DNA of 64,000 nt, taken from positions 778,116-842,115 of the forward strand of contig CAJINV010000014.1 of the NCBI GenBank assembly GCA_905178155.1, in the 5' to 3' direction. Positions 59,613 through 64,000 of the stretch are shown one piece after another. The position numbers were made by a program, and so were the translations under genes. The notes below the pieces were generated by a model that ran no database searches, was not told the DNA's origin, and saw nothing but the letters and a program-made list of their open reading frames with translations. Origin of the DNA: Amoebophrya sp. A120. Lineage: Eukaryota; Protista; Dinoflagellata. Position 1 is the first letter of the stretch; the number at the start of each line of letters is the position of its first letter.

Positions 59613-62600
59613 TCATTGGTACGGCAGCAAGGGCCAGGGGAAGGCCTCCGGTGTGCAGTTTGCGTACTGAATGTTCATGGATTGTTGGTGTTGCAGTTTG
59701 CTGGCAATCGCCCCCGTTTTCGCCACGCACAGGTTGTACAGTGCCTGAATGGACAGAATCTTCGGCGGGCGCTTTTTGTAACTGTTGGGCCCCCCGGTCC
59801 CCTCCAGGTCAAAGTTTTCGTGCAGGTTCATGCCGAAAGTATTCGGGCGGTTCAGCATTTCTTGGTGTTCCTGCTCTCGCAGTGTTTGGTGGAGTTCGTC
59901 GATCGCTTCTAGCAAAGCCGTGGTGAGAATCCCGCCGGACTGCCCCAGGGAACTCATGTCGATGCTGGTTTCGCTGTCCTGACTCGCTGCGATCGCGATG
60001 ATCTCGTGCTGAAACGCGAAGGAGTCCACGTCGCAAATGCTCCTTATGCATTGCAAGAAATGTATCGCACTCTTCGTGTCATTATGCTTTGCAAAAGCAT
60101 CACCGTGTGTACTATTGCAAAAGTAAACTTCTCATGCAATAGTACTGCAACTACAGTACGAGTACGATACTTCTTTTGCACTGGATACTCCCGGAGTGGC
60201 AACAATCAGTGATCACCTGATTTTATCATGTGAAGATACGTTTGAAGTAGACTACACACCCCAATGTTATTAGCTTGCTAAGTATGCGTGATAGTTCATT
60301 TGCCATTTGTAAACAAGTACAACCCAGGTGCGAAAATGGACCCGCGCAGGCACCTGCTGTGGCTGCAAGAGAGGCCCAACCCCAAGCACGGTCGGTACGA
60401 TAAAGCAAAAAGGAATCGTCATAGCTTTATACTATACCACTATTCTGCATTTTTTTGGTATGTACTGGTGTAGAAACCGTGCGAAATCGTCATCCACCAG
60501 GTATAGAGGGGAATTCTAGGGGTGTTGATGTTGAAAGTAGAACTCGAACCTTGCATAGAACGCGGAACCAATACAGACCGCGGTTGTCGTCATGAAGATG
60601 CAAGACAACACTTTTGACCTCTGTCTTCCTGCGGAGTCACAGGACATAATTTTACAAACCACTGCTGCTGCTGCTGCACCTACGAACACTGTAGTTGCAC
60701 CAAGCAACACACCCCTCCAGCTGATTCCTGCATACCAGCACTTCGTCTTCGACCAGATCCCCCTCGATATAAGAGCGCACAACAACTCTTCCCCCTACCT
60801 CACCTCATTTAATGACATGTTGGTCCTCACTATCTCCAGCATCAACAGAAGTTGCGACAGCAATATGCTGCAGCTTCGGTAAATGAAAAAGTCTTCTACA
60901 ACGCGTGAAGTCGTGTAGTACTATTAACTAGAACGACGTCCGCTCGATGAAGCTTGCCATGCCATCGGTGCCAAACGTCGCCAGGGAGCGGACAACTTGG
61001 GTGGATGTGGAAAAGTTTGCACTATGGTAACAACAAGTGAGGCGGACTTTATGGGAGAGCAATTGTGCATTTTCGTACTCGAAATCTGGCGTCGCGAAGG
61101 CCTCGTCCTCCCCGTCCGCCTCGTCCCCGTCCTTGTCTGGTACGTTCAAGCCGTGGCCGGAGTAGAAAAACAGGAATAAATCCCCAGGTTTCATCCTTTT
61201 GCCCATTTGCTTGATTTCCCGTGCGATGTTCCGTGCGTGGGGAAACATGTTACTGTTCAGCTCGTTCTATCCAAGAACAAAACATTGTAACTTTTTTGGA
61301 GGAACAGCATTGCAAATTTGTCTGGCATGACAGCAAAAACCTGTCATGCGCAGATAGTACGCGAAAACGCCCTTAAATGGACCCCACGATGCATGCCAAG
61401 CATGACAGACGCAATCATTTTGCATGTTGCGCATCACAAATTTACACTAACAACGTTTTTTTCTTGGATACGTTCTCGGAATCGAACATTGTCACCACGT
61501 CGGAGATATCAAATGTAAAAATGTCTGGGTCTGGAAGAATGCGACTTGTCATGCTAAATCTGAAGCATGCATAAATCTGTGTTGCATGATTACCAAAATC
61601 GTCCGGTTTTGACCAAGTCGGGAGGGAGTTTCTCATGCAGAATAGGCATGAGAGAGATCGCGCAGAATCTGCCATGCTAGGTCCTGCATTCCAGGCTTCA
61701 TGGGTCATGGAAAAGCTGCATGACAAATGGCGCATTCTTCCAGACCCAGACATTTTTACATTTGATAGGAGACGTTCTTGCAGCCGAAAGCGAGCCTATG
61801 ACCTGCTCAAACGTTACAATCTCAGACGTTACAATATGAATCTGGGATGTGTCTTGCATACTGAGCATGACAGACTCGCAGACCATTCCACTTTCTGCAA
61901 CACAAATTTCGGCAGATTGTAGTGCGGCTTGGGACTCCGGAACTTGTCTTGCGCAGCCCTATGAGACTTGGCTAGATCATGCACTTCCTGCATCACAGAT
62001 TTCCAAATTCTATTGTAACGTTTGAGATTGTAACGTTTGAGCAGGTCATAGAGCCGCTCCATCTTTTTTCCGTCCGCAACGCCGGTCAGTTCCAGAGCCT
62101 TGTTGTATTTGTAGTCCAGGGACACGATCAGCATGTGCGTATTGACGCCGCCCTGCGCGATGGAGCCGTCGTCCAAAATGGTGCCGGCCGGAACGGTCAG
62201 CGCGTCCTGCGCAACCAGCCCGAGGAGCTGTTTGATGATGTGTGTCTTGTATTGTTTGATTGGTATCTCTATCTATGTTTCATCTGTATTTCCTTCGTCC
62301 TTCTCCTTTCAACAGTGAAAATTTTATGTGATCAACAAACCATTTAAAACATATGCAGTGTCGTTGTAAGACTGAGAGTCCGTGCGTGATGAATATGAAA
62401 AGTATGAATTTACCTGGTGCCTTTTTTCGAAGCCTTTGCTCGCGAGCAGAGAAAACATTTCGTTGAAAACCGGGATGAAGTCCTCCAGATCGAGCTGAAA
62501 CGTCATGTCCGGTGGGCTATCAAATGCAAACATGTCTGGGTCTGGAAGATTGTCATGCTAGTCTGGCATGACTCTGCGCTCTGTATTGCGCGGCCACCAA

Positions 62601-63618
62601 GAGGTCCTCTTGCCGGTCATGCAAAAGCGCAGTTTCTCATGCGAAATACGCATCACAGAAGCACCCAAAAACTTGTCATACTTGGCGGCGCATAATTACA
62701 GAGCACTTATTGTTCGCGGACTTGCATCACAAGTTTCCAGACCCAGACATATTTGCAATGCATATGGGCTGTCCTTGAGGTCGCGGTTGTACCGTTTCTT
62801 TACCAAATCGAAAACCATCTCTTGCAGGGTGCTCTGGTCCGTTTGCGTCTATCCTGTGTAAAAACGTCCCCATCTTCCCAGAGTTGTATATGCATATCTG
62901 CATGCTCAAAATGTTTCTCATGCGGAGCCCCATGAGAAGCATTTTCTAGTCATGTTTTGGAACTTGTGATGCTCCAATCAGCATAGTATGCTAGATCTGT
63001 GATGCTACCGAACTAGCTGAACAGGATTACACTGCGCGGCCAAACTTGTCATGCGCAACAGCCAAAGCTGGCTGATTTGTGTAGCAGATTTCCCATCTTG
63101 GCTATGGGGAGGTGGGGACGTTTTTACACAGGATAGCGTCCCGAAGTCTGCTAGGTTTGACTCGCACTCCCGGAACAGCTCGCCCAGCTCGTACGCATCC
63201 ACGGTGCCGCTATCGTCAAAGTCGAACCTGTATGGATTGCAAAAGTGTCTGGGTCTGGACGAATACAAACTTGTGATGCACATTTCAGAACACAGAAAAA
63301 TCTCTCATGCATGGGTAGCAAAAGCTGCCCACTTTCTGTCACCAAAGTGGGGGATTTGTCATGCGGATTCGGCATTGCGGAAGCTTCTCGAAACCTGTAA
63401 TGCTACAGCTTCCATGCCAGACCTTCTGCGTCATGCAAAAACAGCATGACTCTTCCAGACCCAGACACTTTTAGATTTGATAACCTGTAGAACAGCGCCT
63501 GCGCCGCCCGCATCCTGTCGTCGTCGGTCCATAGTCGCGGGTCGATCGGAACGCCCAGCTTCTTCGCCCCGGCAAAACTGGGTTTACAGCACGCTGCCGA
63601 CGAGGAAACGACTCCCAT
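59613..63618 (-). CDS. Metacaspase (peptidase C14) with N-terminal EF-hand
   Basis: MGVVSSSAACC; EF loop DFDDSGTVDAYE; LIVSLDY...LTGVADG; FLFFYSGHG (His); DGDEADGEDEA; TDCCHSGSICDV (Cys, rebuilt across an introner); AASQDSETSID...GGILTTALL. Confidence 0.9.
60045..60187. mobile_element. TIR introner, family J (143 bp)
   Basis: TATGCATTGCAAGAAATGTATCG...CGATACTTCTTTTGCACTGGATA; DR CTCCT/CTCCC. Confidence 0.85.
61268..61470. mobile_element. TIR introner, family G
   Basis: TATCCAAGAACAAAAC...GTTTTTTTCTTGGATA; DR CGTTC. Confidence 0.95.
61507..61767. mobile_element. TIR introner, family A
   Basis: Family-A TIRs; DR GGAGA. Confidence 0.95.
61797..62050. mobile_element. TIR introner, family D
   Basis: TATGACCTGCTCAAACGTTACAATCTCA at both ends; DR GAGCC. 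Confidence 0.95.
62518..62764. mobile_element. TIR introner, family A
   Basis: Family-A TIRs; DR TGGGC. Confidence 0.95.
62850..63135. mobile_element. TIR introner, family B
   Basis: Family-B TIRs; DR GCGTC. Confidence 0.95.
63231..63482. mobile_element. TIR introner, family A
   Basis: Family-A TIRs; DR ACCTG; removal gives FYRFDFDDSG. Confidence 0.95.
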
Positions 63619-64000
63619 CGTTTTTTTCTTCAGAACATATAGCCCCTTTCACGGCGAGCGTACGAGGACCTCCGGTGGCGTGCTTCCAGGAAGTTGTAGA
63701 CAATTAAAGCGATTTCTTACCACAAACATTTGCCGCAGCTCATGCTATTCTTCACTTCTGCTTCAAGTTTAAATACTAAACGGTAAACAAATTTGTTCCA
63801 TAATACATAGCTTCTCCGTGGTCTCTCCACTCCCGTAAATCCAGAATTCAGTGGACCCCGTCTTGCCCCCTCTAGTTATCAATTATTCCCTCGAGATCAT
63901 ACATATTGCGGGCACTTTTCAATCGTCCACCGAAGAAACAGGATCATGTCGTGCGTGGACATGTTACAAGGAGACCTATTTTGTTTGCATGAAGATCATC

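Noticed and set aside
15761-63449. Recurring ORF-track peptides such as [23 protein letters not shown] and IVTFEIVT as a repeated protein domain
   Set aside because: They are translations of family A and D TIRs in arbitrary frames and strands, not coding sequence.
1153-63482. CRISPR array or bacterial REP/IS interpretation of the repeats
   Set aside because: The repeats are dispersed inverted pairs inside eukaryotic exons, with no regular repeat-spacer array and no cas or transposase genes.
7-63707. Plus-strand ORFs, e.g. 21166-21768, 46892-47656 and 49728-50615
   Set aside because: They are antisense shadows of minus-strand exons or run through introners, and show no recognisable domains.

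Overview
Eukaryotic genomic DNA, most consistent with a syndinian dinoflagellate parasite such as Amoebophrya. This is an inference from the co-oriented genes, the non-canonical inverted-repeat introns and the beta-alpha transhydrogenase. About 12 protein genes lie in the window, all on the minus strand: a HicA-domain protein, an unknown protein, a kinesin-14-like motor, an FtsJ-type cap 2'-O-methyltransferase with asfarvirus-like motifs, a beta-alpha NAD(P) transhydrogenase, an unknown membrane protein, a small Cys-rich protein, a DNAJC11-like protein, tepsin, a KH/FHA protein, an ERGIC-53-like lectin and an EF-hand metacaspase. The dominant feature is 44 insertions read by eye, in about 12 unrelated terminal-inverted-repeat (TIR) families (labels A-L are mine). 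All sit inside coding exons, start with TAT, end in TA (41 in ATA) and are flanked by a 5-bp direct repeat (DR; 33 perfect, 11 imperfect). Removing an element plus one DR copy restores the reading frame wherever I traced it, without GT-AG, and in either element orientation. Unrelated families share an internal GCATNACA-type motif often spaced 30-33 bp apart. One member is 1.2 kb with ~200-bp TIRs. A GC-rich 1.3-kb repeat block flanked by ~55-bp direct repeats sits in the last lectin intron. Coordinates were read by hand and gene starts are often approximate.
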